NCBI GenBank assembly: GCA_963665095.1
Contig: OY762069.1
Coordinates: 2,144,001-2,208,000 of the forward strand
DNA: 64,000 nucleotides
Reading direction: 5' to 3'
Origin: an uncultured Desulfobacter sp.
Lineage (GTDB): Bacteria > Desulfobacterota > Desulfobacteria > Desulfobacterales > Desulfobacteraceae
Shown: in pieces, positions 28,864-37,818 of the stretch
Position numbering within the stretch: the first letter of the stretch is position 1
Layout of the letters: every line of letters begins with the position of its first letter
Program-made: the position numbers and the translations under genes
Notes under the pieces: model-generated
What the model was told of the DNA's origin: nothing
Database searches by the model: none
Seen by the model: the letters and a program-made list of their open reading frames with translations, nothing else

Positions 28864-29106
28864 ATGACAATCAATGAAACACAACTTGAAAAAACAATGG
28901 CTGAAATTGTCGACGAGCTGGGCAATCTGGTCATGGAGTTGATCCTTGTCAGTTTAAAAAAAATAAACTCGGAAAATCATCTTTTGACAGAATTGCTGGA
29001 GATCAAACAAGAGGAACAAAGAGAAAATGAATTTTATGGTTTTGGTGAAACGGAGCCGGGACATCCTGGGGAGGAAACCCGGCAAGGGATAGCCAAAAGC
29101 AGGTAG
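28864..29106 (+). CDS. Small acidic hypothetical protein within the transposon
   Basis: 80 aa with RBS GAGG; last gene before a terminator and the right end. Confidence 0.6.
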   Translation: MTINETQLEKTMAEIVDELGNLVMELILVSLKKINSENHLLTELLEIKQEEQRENEFYGFGETEPGHPGEETRQGIAKSR

Positions 29107-29123
29107 CATTGAATAATGCGCCG

Positions 29124-29155
29124 GGGGAAGCGGGGTTGACCTGCTTCCCCTTTCT
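29124..29155 (+). terminator. Intrinsic terminator of the transposon operon
   Basis: Hairpin GGGGAAGCGGG-GTTGA-CCTGCTTCCCC followed by TTTCT. Confidence 0.65.
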
Positions 29156-29526
29156 GTATTATTCAAGCTTTCCTGCTCATGCCTTAAAAAACCCAATAAA
29201 ATCAGTCGGAGCGCAGCGACATCTGCTAATCATTGAAAATACAGTTATGCCTTTCCCTGATTTATCCTGATTGTCGCTCCATTGATTATCGTGCTTCCTC
29301 TCACTCCAGGAACAACAGGACATTCACAATCCGTTCAACACGCCAGGGGCCATGGCAGCCAGCCTGATCAAGGTCTTTAAAAAATCCCATGTGCCGGTCC
29401 CGGGTTGGCTGTTCAAGTCCCGGGTCAAGTCCATTACCGGTCAGCATTACCATTGGTTTGAAAAAAGTGTTGATCCAAATTCAATCACCACCAAACAAAA
29501 CGTGAAAGCAGATTAGGAGAAAAACA

Positions 29527-30021
29527 TTGAATACAGAAACGTTGAAACCTGAGCCCTTCACACACCATCAAATCTCAAATTTTAAAGATGATATGCATTA
29601 CCACAACTGGACATTAAAAGCATTTGGCGCGCTCCTGGAATGTGCCAATCTTGAACGCTTCAGCGATGAATTTAAAGATGCCAGTGAATATAGAGGCGGA
29701 TTGAATGGAATTATTGAGATAATCACCGAACGCCAGGAAAAAATAGTGGATGACTTGATCAAAAAATATGACCAAAGCCCTGAATATATCATCCAGAAGG
29801 CAGACCAAATCAGTTACCTGCTTGAGCACGGAGGATATAGAACCCATGAAGACGCCTTGAAGGATATAAACGAGGCCATTGGAAAGCTTGACACCGTTAT
29901 TGAAAATTTTGACGATGAATACCCCAGGGCAATGGAGTTGAAAATTGAACTTACACTCAAACGCAATGTCCTTTGCCAAAACATGAAGCCCCAGGAAATG
30001 ACGATCAAGGAAGCCGGATAA
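29527..30021 (+). CDS. Hypothetical helical protein
   Basis: 164 aa with RBS AGGAG; in the early operon. Confidence 0.7.
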   Translation: MNTETLKPEPFTHHQISNFKDDMHYHNWTLKAFGALLECANLERFSDEFKDASEYRGGLNGIIEIITERQEKIVDDLIKKYDQSPEYIIQKADQISYLLEHGGYRTHEDALKDINEAIGKLDTVIENFDDEYPRAMELKIELTLKRNVLCQNMKPQEMTIKEAG

Positions 30022-30034
30022 AAAGGAGAGAACC

Positions 30035-30301
30035 ATGAATATCAAGGATCTAAAAAAAATTTTAAAGGAAAAGATATCGGATGAATCCTGTTTGGCCAAA
30101 AGGGATGACTGGTGGAAGGGCCGGGTTAACGCTTTTAAATTCATCCTTGACTTGATCAGTCCATCCCCGGAAAAGGAAAGGCCGCTTACCGGGGAAGAAA
30201 GCGGCCCTTTTAAAAAATGTGGTTTGGCGGAAAACCGAAATAAAAATAGTCTATTTACAGTGGGTTGTCAACCGTCGAGGCCCAAGGAGGAATCATGTTA
30301 G
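30035..30301 (+). CDS. Hypothetical protein
   Basis: 88 aa with RBS AAGGAG. Confidence 0.6.
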   Translation: MNIKDLKKILKEKISDESCLAKRDDWWKGRVNAFKFILDLISPSPEKERPLTGEESGPFKKCGLAENRNKNSLFTVGCQPSRPKEESC

Positions 30302-30522
30302 AGCCCAGGAGAAGAAAACAATTTTCGCCGGTAATCGTTACCGGGATGAAGGATAATAGCAAGTCAATCATAGAGTGCCCGGCCGGCTGTGCGGGGATTA
30401 TTCTGCCTGCAGGGGTAACCCTGCCCCATGATATTCCTTTATTTATCAACGGAGAAAACGGTAAAATCCATACAGGGCGAAAGCTCAGGATAACCAAGAA
30501 AGGCACTATACAAACCATTTAA
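30295..30522 (+). CDS. Hypothetical small protein
   Basis: 75 aa with RBS AAGGAGG; overlaps the previous stop. Confidence 0.6.
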   Translation: MLEPRRRKQFSPVIVTGMKDNSKSIIECPAGCAGIILPAGVTLPHDIPLFINGENGKIHTGRKLRITKKGTIQTI

Positions 30523-30568
30523 GTTTAAAGGCAAGCCAGCTAAAGCAATAGCAAGCTTAAAGCCAGTC

Positions 30569-30618
30569 AGCCGGGCAAGAGGATCCTTATCCAGGGTTCC
30601 TTTTATCCGGCTTTTGTA
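30569..30618 (+). terminator. Hairpin (terminator or attenuator) upstream of the primase
   Basis: AGCCGGGCAAGAGGATCCT-TATCC-AGGGTTCCTTTTATCCGGCT followed by TTTG. Confidence 0.55.
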
Positions 30619-30672
30619 TTTCTGGGGTTGAGGGGATCAACTGAACATGAATGAAGAGAGGCGGGAAACAAG

Positions 30673-33531
30673 ATGCAAAACGATTTTCAAGCGATTAAGG
30701 ACCTGATTGATATTGTTGATGAAATAACAGGGCGAACCGGGGGAACGCTCAAAAAGACAGGGAAAACCCTAAGCCTGTCACAATGCCCTTTTTGCGGGGG
30801 CCATGACTGTTTCAGAATCTACCCTGATACCCGGTCCTGGAGCTGCTTTCAATGCGGGGACAACACCGGCGGAAGCATCATTGATTTTGTAGTCAGGGAA
30901 AAGAACTGCACCGAACATGAAGCTTTAAAAGAACTGGCCCAGGCCCACAACTATGAACTTCATGAAGCAGCTCCGGAACATGATTCTTCACGGGAGGCCA
31001 CCTCCCCAGGCCGGCTGATATTTGAAGCGGCCGCAAATTATTATTCCAGAGTTTTGTACAGGACGGGTCAGGCTATTGCTTATCAACGAGAGACTAGGGC
31101 CCACAGCGACCAGATATTGAAAAAATTCCGGATAGGCGCCACGGACGGGGGCCTGCAAACTGAACTGAAGAAACAGAATTTTGGTATGGACGATATTCTT
31201 GGTTCTGGTTTGGTGATACCGGATAAAAAAGAAGGATACCGGGATTACTTTCTGCCCGGGCTTTTCATTTATCCCCATCCTGATAAGACCGGCCAGGTCT
31301 GTCATTTTTCAATTAAAGATCCCCGGAAAAAGTTTGCCTATCAGCTTCCCAATGAAAAGCGGCTTCCTGGAGTGCCTTTCTTTAATATGAAAGCGTTTAA
31401 AGGGAACCGGGTGATCCTGGTGGAAGGGGAAAATGATCTGCTATCGGTTTTCGGCAAAGGGCAATGTCCCTATGTTACGGCTATCATAGGGCAAATTTCA
31501 GGGGATCAGCTTAAATACCTGGTGGAATGGGTAATTACAGGACCACCTAAAGAGGTGTTCCTTTGCTTTGACAATGATCCTGCTGGGAATAAATACCGGG
31601 ACCGGATTACAGAAACGTTAAAGCGGTATTGCTACCCGGAAAAGGTTTATCAGATCAATGAACGGCTCCGGGAACGCCAGGTCAGGAAAGCAAAGGGGGA
31701 TGATTCCGGCGCAATACCGGAAGAACTCCCAAAGCTGATCCGCCTGACCTTAAAAATCTTATCATTTGACCAACGGTTCAATGATATTGACGATTTCCTG
31801 AAAGCGGCTGAGAACCCGAAAAAAGAATTTCAGTCACTGCTTGACCAGGCCCGGCCTTACCTGAAGCCTTTGACAGAAGTTCTCCCCATGGTCAGGGCCA
31901 TGTTCCAGGAAGCAAAAATTAACAACTGCAGCAATGAAATAGGAGAGGTGGTCTTTGATTATTTCAACACCCTGGGTGGCTTTTTCGTCAATGGTGAAGA
32001 GTGCCGGCTGTTTTATGAGGGCAAAATCTACGAAATTGGAAACAACATTGCCTTCAAGTCCCTGATCTACCAGGCCGCGGGGCTCAATTATGCAGACAAC
32101 GGCACCAAAAGCATTTTGGAGGTGATCCGGGCAGAGGCCTATATAAAAGGAAAGCACACATCCACCATGGGATGGATCCACACAGATGCAGTAAAAGAAA
32201 TTATTTATTATGACCTGAGAAACGAGATGAACACCATTGCCAGGATCCGGGCCGGCAAAGTGGACCTGATCCAAAACGGCGCCAATGAAGATAATGTTCT
32301 CCTGGAGAGCACGCCGAGAATGGAACCGGTTCATTATCTGCCTGAAGCCAATATCCAAGAGGCCATGGACCGGTTCAAATCAATCCTTCTGGACAACCTG
32401 GCCTGCAGCGAATCAAACAAGTACTTCATTGCGGCCAGGATCTTGAACACCATTCTTCTGGAGTTCGTTACCACGGCCAGGGGTATTACCAAATTTTCAG
32501 GAGACCAGGGCGCGGCCAAATCCTTTGCGGCCCGGCTTATTTCCTATTTGATTATGGGTGCGGACTGCGTGTCTCAAGGTTCTGTAGCTTCTTACAGGTC
32601 CGAGGCCACCAAGAGCCCGGTTATTATCCCGGACAACCTTGAGAAAGCAGACCGGACAAAAGAGGTGTTGAACTTCCTTCTCCTGGGGGCCACGGGTGCC
32701 ATTAACCAGAAACGGGATAGCAACACCAGTTCTGGAAATATTTATGAAGAGAACAAAGCACAAATCATTACCACATCCATTGAGCCTTTCACTGAATCTG
32801 AGCTGATTTCCAGGACCATTGATATTCATTTTGAAAAAGAGTTCCGGAACAAGGACTTTCCGGGGGAAACTCTGTTGAAAACAGAGATAGAAAGGAACCG
32901 GGACGTAATCCTGAGTTCTTTTTTCAAAATTGTGGCCTTTGATATTCTTCCCACCTTCAGCCAGGACCGGGCCAAAATCAATAAATTTTTAAACACTGAG
33001 CGCCAGGGGCACGCAAAGGAACGGCTGAATGAACTTTTCGCCTGTTTATATCTGCTTTGCCGGCAGGTTGTCAGATACATTCCACACTCAGAACACGCCG
33101 GGTCTGATCCGGCCATGGGTATTCTGGATGACTGGCTGAATGAACAACATGATTTGGCCGCTGCCACCCAGCAGGACACAGACCCCATTCTTTACAGGCT
33201 GGAAATCCTGTTGGATGAATGCTGCCAGTTAAAAGATAATTTTTCAGAAGCTTATGGAATCCAGGCCGTAACCCTGACCAGAACGATTCAGGACAAGGTG
33301 TCAAAGGTCAGTATCCTTGCTTCAGCAAAGGAACTTTGCACGGCATTCAGCATCATATCCAAACAAAAAAATATTCCAAATCCGTTTCAGGCTCCCGGTG
33401 TTCTGGGCTCAAGGTTATCTAATTCACAACAGGTTCTGGAGGGTGCCGGCTGGCAAGTGGGAATCCGGCACGCCAAATGTGCCGGACAGCATAAGCATTT
33501 GTTGGTTAAAAATGTGGGGTGGTCTGAATGA
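30673..33531 (+). CDS. DnaG-type primase fused to a helicase-like and a C-terminal domain (replication initiator)
   Basis: Zinc-binding CPFCGGHD...WSCFQCG, Toprim ILVEGEND...LCFDND and Walker-A-like GDQGAAKS; 952 aa. Confidence 0.9.
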   Translation: MQNDFQAIKDLIDIVDEITGRTGGTLKKTGKTLSLSQCPFCGGHDCFRIYPDTRSWSCFQCGDNTGGSIIDFVVREKNCTEHEALKELAQAHNYELHEAAPEHDSSREATSPGRLIFEAAANYYSRVLYRTGQAIAYQRETRAHSDQILKKFRIGATDGGLQTELKKQNFGMDDILGSGLVIPDKKEGYRDYFLPGLFIYPHPDKTGQVCHFSIKDPRKKFAYQLPNEKRLPGVPFFNMKAFKGNRVILVEGENDLLSVFGKGQCPYVTAIIGQISGDQLKYLVEWVITGPPKEVFLCFDNDPAGNKYRDRITETLKRYCYPEKVYQINERLRERQVRKAKGDDSGAIPEELPKLIRLTLKILSFDQRFNDIDDFLKAAENPKKEFQSLLDQARPYLKPLTEVLPMVRAMFQEAKINNCSNEIGEVVFDYFNTLGGFFVNGEECRLFYEGKIYEIGNNIAFKSLIYQAAGLNYADNGTKSILEVIRAEAYIKGKHTSTMGWIHTDAVKEIIYYDLRNEMNTIARIRAGKVDLIQNGANEDNVLLESTPRMEPVHYLPEANIQEAMDRFKSILLDNLACSESNKYFIAARILNTILLEFVTTARGITKFSGDQGAAKSFAARLISYLIMGADCVSQGSVASYRSEATKSPVIIPDNLEKADRTKEVLNFLLLGATGAINQKRDSNTSSGNIYEENKAQIITTSIEPFTESELISRTIDIHFEKEFRNKDFPGETLLKTEIERNRDVILSSFFKIVAFDILPTFSQDRAKINKFLNTERQGHAKERLNELFACLYLLCRQVVRYIPHSEHAGSDPAMGILDDWLNEQHDLAAATQQDTDPILYRLEILLDECCQLKDNFSEAYGIQAVTLTRTIQDKVSKVSILASAKELCTAFSIISKQKNIPNPFQAPGVLGSRLSNSQQVLEGAGWQVGIRHAKCAGQHKHLLVKNVGWSE

Positions 33532-33582
33532 TTTTTCACCAAATAAAAGATCAAATATTTTGGGGGGGCATTTTTTGGAAAT

Positions 33583-33790
33583 GGGTCCCAAAGTCCCCAA
33601 TCTTATATTTTTAATTTTTAACATATTGTTTTTATTATCCATCAAAGTGCAACAGTACGGGGACCCAAAGAGGGGACCGAACTCCAAAGGAGTCCCCAAA
33701 CTTTGTATAAGTCCCCAAACTCGGGACCCGAAATTTGACATAACTAATTGTTATTAATAAGCATAATATCAATTGGGGACTTGGGGACCC
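33583..33790. repeat. Iteron cluster, probable replication origin
   Basis: About nine GGGGAC/GTCCCC motifs in both orientations (33583, 33593, 33659, 33672, 33692, 33711, 33723, 33775, 33783) separated by AT-rich tracts, immediately after the primase stop. Confidence 0.8.
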
Positions 33791-33845
33791 TTAAAAGAAG
33801 CCCCCCCTCCCCTTGGGGAAGATGGATAGAAATAAGGCGGGAATC

Positions 33846-34298
33846 ATGAACACGGAGAACAAAAAATTTGTTTTTGAAAGCATCACTGAAAAACAGGCAT
33901 GGAAAATCATGGCAATTTGCAATCAATCTCAGGAATTTGACACCGCGAAGCTCTATTCCATGATTCATGATTTAACTGGGATTCCTTCAGTTAACTCCCT
34001 GTCAAAACAGGAAGCGTCTTTTATCATTGACCGGCTCCAAGGGTGCACGAAATGGCGCCGGCCAAAGAGATCGCGAACAGTGGATAGAATCAAGGGAAAT
34101 GCCCGGAACCTGCCGGCCCTTGGCCATATCCTTTTTATCCGGGAATCGGTAAGGGCCTTGGGCTGGGATAAGGCTCATTTTAAAGCCTGGCTGGAGAAAT
34201 ACATTAAAGCCCGCAACCTCAACGAACTGACCCGGGAGACTGCCCGGAAGGCATACATCGGATTAATGAAAATTCGAATCAACACCATGGAATCATGA
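33846..34298 (+). CDS. Mu GemA/gp16-like protein
   Basis: Two-repeat pattern LTGIPSVNSLSKQEASFIIDRL and ALGWDKAHFKAWLEKY...LNELTRETARKAYIGL, as in GemA/DUF1018; recognised by pattern only. Confidence 0.7.
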   Translation: MNTENKKFVFESITEKQAWKIMAICNQSQEFDTAKLYSMIHDLTGIPSVNSLSKQEASFIIDRLQGCTKWRRPKRSRTVDRIKGNARNLPALGHILFIRESVRALGWDKAHFKAWLEKYIKARNLNELTRETARKAYIGLMKIRINTMES

Positions 34299-34305
34299 AA
34301 GGGAA

Positions 34306-35601
34306 ATGACTGTGTCATATATTGAAACCACCCAGGGGGAAAAGCTATTCAAACAATACCTGGACAAATTCAAGGGCAAAACCAGCCAGAAGGTTTACCG
34401 GTCTGAGATCCGACAGTTTTTTAATTTCTACAGCGGGGCCATTGAATTCCTGAAGAAAAAAGATTTCATCCGGTACCGGGACCACCTGGGCAAAACGTCC
34501 AAGGCCAAAACCGTTAAACGTAAATTTTCCATCCTTAACCAGTTTTTCAAATTCCTGGAGTCCAAGGTCAAAGAATTTCGTTCCCCCATTGGAAAAAATT
34601 ACGGTGACATGCAGGATTTCAGGGGCGGCACTTATGTGGAATCTGAATCCTTTGCCAACCAGGTGGGCTATTGGACAGAAAGCCTTATCTGTGATTCCAC
34701 CAAACGGACTTATGCAGGGGCTGTGAAGCTGTTCTTTGGTTATACGGCCAAGGATCCCAAGGACCTTGTTCAGGATGACTTCCTTAAATACCGGGACCAC
34801 CTGTTGCTCGAAAAGAAACAGAAAACCTCAACGGTCTGGAACAAATTCATTGCCATCAACAGCTTTTTAAAATTCATGGATACCGGAAATCGAAAGTTCA
34901 AAAATCCACTGGACTTTAAGCGCCTGGCCCTGGTCCCGCCTAAAAAAGATAAGGGATATTATACGGTGTTAAGCAGCAAAGAGGCAAAGAAGCTTTTGAG
35001 GCAGCCAGACAGGCGAACCCTGATAGGCAAACGGGACTATGCCATCTTACGGCTCATGCTGACCTATGGTCTCAGAGTGAATGAAGTCTGCAAACTGGAA
35101 TATCAGGACCTTGAAACAGAAAGGGTAAAAGGCCAGCAAAAGCTTTGGATCCGGGACCGAAAAGGAAGGATAGGCAGACGGGCTGATACAGATATTATTT
35201 TAAACGGGAAAGCCCTGGAAGCATTTGATGACTGGATGACCCACTGTCAAATCAAGTTTGAAACAGACACACCTATCTTTATAGGATTTCGCTTTGATCT
35301 TGCACATGGCCTGGCCATTCGTTGGGACCAGGTCCGCAACAAAAAGCATCTGACGACCAGAGCCGTGGAATACATGATTGAAAAATATGTGGTCCAAGCC
35401 GGCATTGATCATGGTGATAAAGTCATCAGTGCCCATGCTTTGAGACATACGGCAATAACCATGCTGGCCCATGCCGGTGTTAAGCTGGTGGATCTTAAAT
35501 TTCTGGCCGGCCATCAGGATGTCAGTACCACACTGATTTATCTTCACAGTGTTCAATCTTATGAAGACCATGCAGGAATGCACAATCCCTTGAACAGATA
35601 A
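34306..35601 (+). CDS. XerC/D-like tyrosine recombinase with duplicated core-binding domain
   Basis: Intact catalytic residues GLRVNE, K, HALRH, AGHQD and TTLIY; two similar N-terminal SAM-like repeats. Confidence 0.92.
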   Translation: MTVSYIETTQGEKLFKQYLDKFKGKTSQKVYRSEIRQFFNFYSGAIEFLKKKDFIRYRDHLGKTSKAKTVKRKFSILNQFFKFLESKVKEFRSPIGKNYGDMQDFRGGTYVESESFANQVGYWTESLICDSTKRTYAGAVKLFFGYTAKDPKDLVQDDFLKYRDHLLLEKKQKTSTVWNKFIAINSFLKFMDTGNRKFKNPLDFKRLALVPPKKDKGYYTVLSSKEAKKLLRQPDRRTLIGKRDYAILRLMLTYGLRVNEVCKLEYQDLETERVKGQQKLWIRDRKGRIGRRADTDIILNGKALEAFDDWMTHCQIKFETDTPIFIGFRFDLAHGLAIRWDQVRNKKHLTTRAVEYMIEKYVVQAGIDHGDKVISAHALRHTAITMLAHAGVKLVDLKFLAGHQDVSTTLIYLHSVQSYEDHAGMHNPLNR

Positions 35602-35713
35602 CCATTTTTGTCACCGATATTTGTAAAAGAGATATAAATTGACTCAACTGCAGCCCAGAACATACAATCAACCATCAAATTCCAGCTTTCAAAGGAAAGG
35701 AGGTGGTTTATGT

Positions 35714-36910
35714 ATGAAAGGTTCAATCTACACAGCACAAAGGTGTTTCCAGTGTGGGGGGAATCTGAAGTATGCCGAGGGCCGCGGTTTTCTGTATTGT
35801 CCAAATCATTCAGAAAGTAATTGGGTTGGTCCATGCATGGTCCGTTTCGGCAGGGAGCATACAAAACGGTTTCAAACTGTTGGTGAAGCTGAAAGGCATT
35901 TGACGTTTCTCCGGGTCCAGACCGACAGAAACGAATTTGACCAAAGAGAATGGGCCAAGGATCAACCCTTATCCTTTTTCTCCCTGAGAACCAAATTCCT
36001 TGAGATGAAAAAAAGGCAGGCCATCACTAAGCATCATATTCGCCATATTGAAAGGGTGTTAGAACTTGCCGGCAAATCATGGGACTGTATGCAGATAAAA
36101 GAGATTGCTGAAGGAGAAATTGATGATTTTTTTTCAATGGATCACGGCGTAGGGAATAAAACCTTATCTAACTGGAAAGCGGTTCTTCATGATTTCTGGG
36201 TCTGGGTAGTAAGAAGGGAAAAGCGCCGGTCAAAACTTGAAATGCCCGAGTTCCCGGACATTCAGTTTAAAATGAAAATGAAAACAGTTGTTTCAGTATC
36301 AGACCAGCAGGATATTATTCAAGAGCTTCGCCGGATTACCTGGGATATCAACCCAAGGATTTGGCTTGGGGTGAAGCTTTTATCCATTTATCCACGGATC
36401 CGCCCCGGAGAAATGTTAAATGTCAAAGAAGGGCATATGAATCTTAAAGATGGATGGATTGTTTTCCCCCAACCAAAGGAAAGGGATCCTAAGTTCGTTC
36501 ATTTGCTGCCTGAAATTTCAGAAATGATAGAGGAAATCAGAAGAATGGTCCCCCCTGCCCTCCCGGATATTTATTTTTTCCGACATTTAAAGACCAGGTC
36601 AGGTGTTCAGGCGGGTATAAAGTTCGGTCCTAAATATTTTAACAACTGGTGGAATACTGCAGCCAACAATTTGGGGATTTCTGGGGTATCTCTTTATCCG
36701 GGAACAAAGCACTCAACTGTTACGGCCTTAGGAAAACTAATGACACCGGAACAGATAAAGCACAATGTTACCGGTCATACCTCAAACGCATTTGAAAGGT
36801 ATTTCCTGCCGAATCATCAGGAGGCAATCATGGCTACCCGCCAAGTTACCCAAATGCAGGCTGATAAACATCTGATAAACATTTTGGAGGTTAAAAAAGA
36901 AGTTAAATGA
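35714..36910 (+). CDS. Island integrase (tyrosine recombinase)
   Basis: RIRPGE, LYPGTKHS (variant of HxxR), TGHTS and FERY; N-terminal CxxC...C domain; ends next to the att core. Confidence 0.85.
   Translation: MKGSIYTAQRCFQCGGNLKYAEGRGFLYCPNHSESNWVGPCMVRFGREHTKRFQTVGEAERHLTFLRVQTDRNEFDQREWAKDQPLSFFSLRTKFLEMKKRQAITKHHIRHIERVLELAGKSWDCMQIKEIAEGEIDDFFSMDHGVGNKTLSNWKAVLHDFWVWVVRREKRRSKLEMPEFPDIQFKMKMKTVVSVSDQQDIIQELRRITWDINPRIWLGVKLLSIYPRIRPGEMLNVKEGHMNLKDGWIVFPQPKERDPKFVHLLPEISEMIEEIRRMVPPALPDIYFFRHLKTRSGVQAGIKFGPKYFNNWWNTAANNLGISGVSLYPGTKHSTVTALGKLMTPEQIKHNVTGHTSNAFERYFLPNHQEAIMATRQVTQMQADKHLINILEVKKEVK
36861..36881 (+). promoter_or_regulatory. Probable integrase arm-type sites (right arm, within the integrase 3' end)
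   Basis: CTGATAAACATCTGATAAACA, matching 14418-14438. Confidence 0.7.
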
Positions 36911-36930
36911 CTGATTTTATAGGTATTTTA

Positions 36931-37282
36931 TGGTGGAGGCGGGGGGAGTTGAACCCCCGTCCGAAAACAATCAACCCAGGCTTCTACATACTTATCCTGA
37001 ACTTTATAATTGGCCGGGAAGGCTCCTCCAGAATGGATACGACCCGGTATATCCTGAAAAATTCAACTTTTGAAATCCAGGAAGTTTCAAAAGCGGTCTT
37101 GCTGAGTCGACGCCCGGTCCTGAATCTGCAAGAAGGATGTCAGGCGGACGGTAGCTTATGCTGCTACAGCGTAGTTATAATCGTCTGCGATTATGTTTAA
37201 ATATTGCCAAGTTTACGAGTTGACAAAACACTCGGTATGCTACCATGGGCGTCAAAATCTCCGTCGAAACCATTACGCCCCC
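36931..37282 (-). ncRNA. ssrA: tmRNA
   Basis: 5' GGGGGCGTAATGGTTTCGACGG and 3' GGTTCAACTCCCCCCGCCTCCACCA; tag ORF ADDYNYAVAA* at 37188-37156; next to smpB. Confidence 0.97.
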
Positions 37283-37350
37283 AAATTGTAAAAGATCAAA
37301 TAACCGCTCTTAATATAATATCCCAGTTGCCCAAGTCAATGGTTTCATGA

Positions 37351-37812
37351 TCAGGAATATTTTTTTCTTTCCCGGTCCATGTCCCGTTTGACATCCCGCT
37401 GTTTGATGCTCTCCCGTTTATCGTACAGTTTCTTTCCCTTGCCAAGGCCTATGAGCACCTTGATTTTATCATTTTTAAAATAAATCTTTAAGGGAACAAG
37501 GGAATAGCCTTTTTCTTTAATTTTAGAGGCCAGCTTCCTGATTTCATAAGCATGCAGAAGAAGCTTTCGGGTACGCATGGCCTCGTGGTTGGCATTGTAG
37601 GCATATTTATAAGGGGAGATATGAAGCTGGCGCAAAAAGATCTCATCCCGTTTAATATCTGCGTAGGCATCCTTGAAACTGACCCGGCCTTCTCTGATGG
37701 CTTTCACCTCTGAGCCGACAAGTACGATGCCAGCCTCATATTCGTCATCAATATGGTAATTGTGCCAGGCTTTTTTGTTGGTGGCGATCAGTTTGGTATA
37801 CTTTGCGTTCAT
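37351..37812 (-). CDS. smpB: SsrA-binding protein
   Basis: NKKAWHNY...EAGIVLVGSEVKAIR, RKLLLH and GKGKKLYDKRE. Confidence 0.98.
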   Translation of the reverse strand: MNAKYTKLIATNKKAWHNYHIDDEYEAGIVLVGSEVKAIREGRVSFKDAYADIKRDEIFLRQLHISPYKYAYNANHEAMRTRKLLLHAYEIRKLASKIKEKGYSLVPLKIYFKNDKIKVLIGLGKGKKLYDKRESIKQRDVKRDMDRERKKYS

Positions 37813-37818
37813 TGTTTA

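Larger units (their letters stand above)
25763..29303 (+). mobile_element. Four-gene DDE transposon with ExeA-like ATPase (3541 bp)
   Basis: Ends TGAGAATGATCACAAAAAATCATGGA and (reverse complement) TGAGAGGAAGCACGATAATCAATGGA; 6-bp TSD CTCCAG at 25757-25762 and 29304-29309. Confidence 0.92.
24968..29516 (+). pseudogene. ORF6N-domain antirepressor split by a transposon (coding parts 24968-25762 and 29310-29516)
   Basis: ORF6N motifs YKDQPVLTFKMMDQVHERPDGTASRNFRQNRDRFIENEDYF and GYMMLVKSFTDDRAWKVQRALVNTYF; the frame is restored after removing the insert (...DWLQ|EQQDIHNPF...KAD*). Confidence 0.88.
14346..36956. mobile_element. tmRNA-integrated genomic island, phage-satellite-like (~22.6 kb; ~15.7 kb without its two inserted transposons)
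   Basis: 26-bp direct repeat of the ssrA 3' end at both ends; integrase next to ssrA; repressor/cro, antirepressors, primase and origin; no recognisable virion or conjugation genes. Confidence 0.92.

Noticed and set aside
33583..33790. Possible CRISPR array
   Set aside because: Repeats are ~6-9 bp, in both orientations and irregularly spaced; no cas genes are present.
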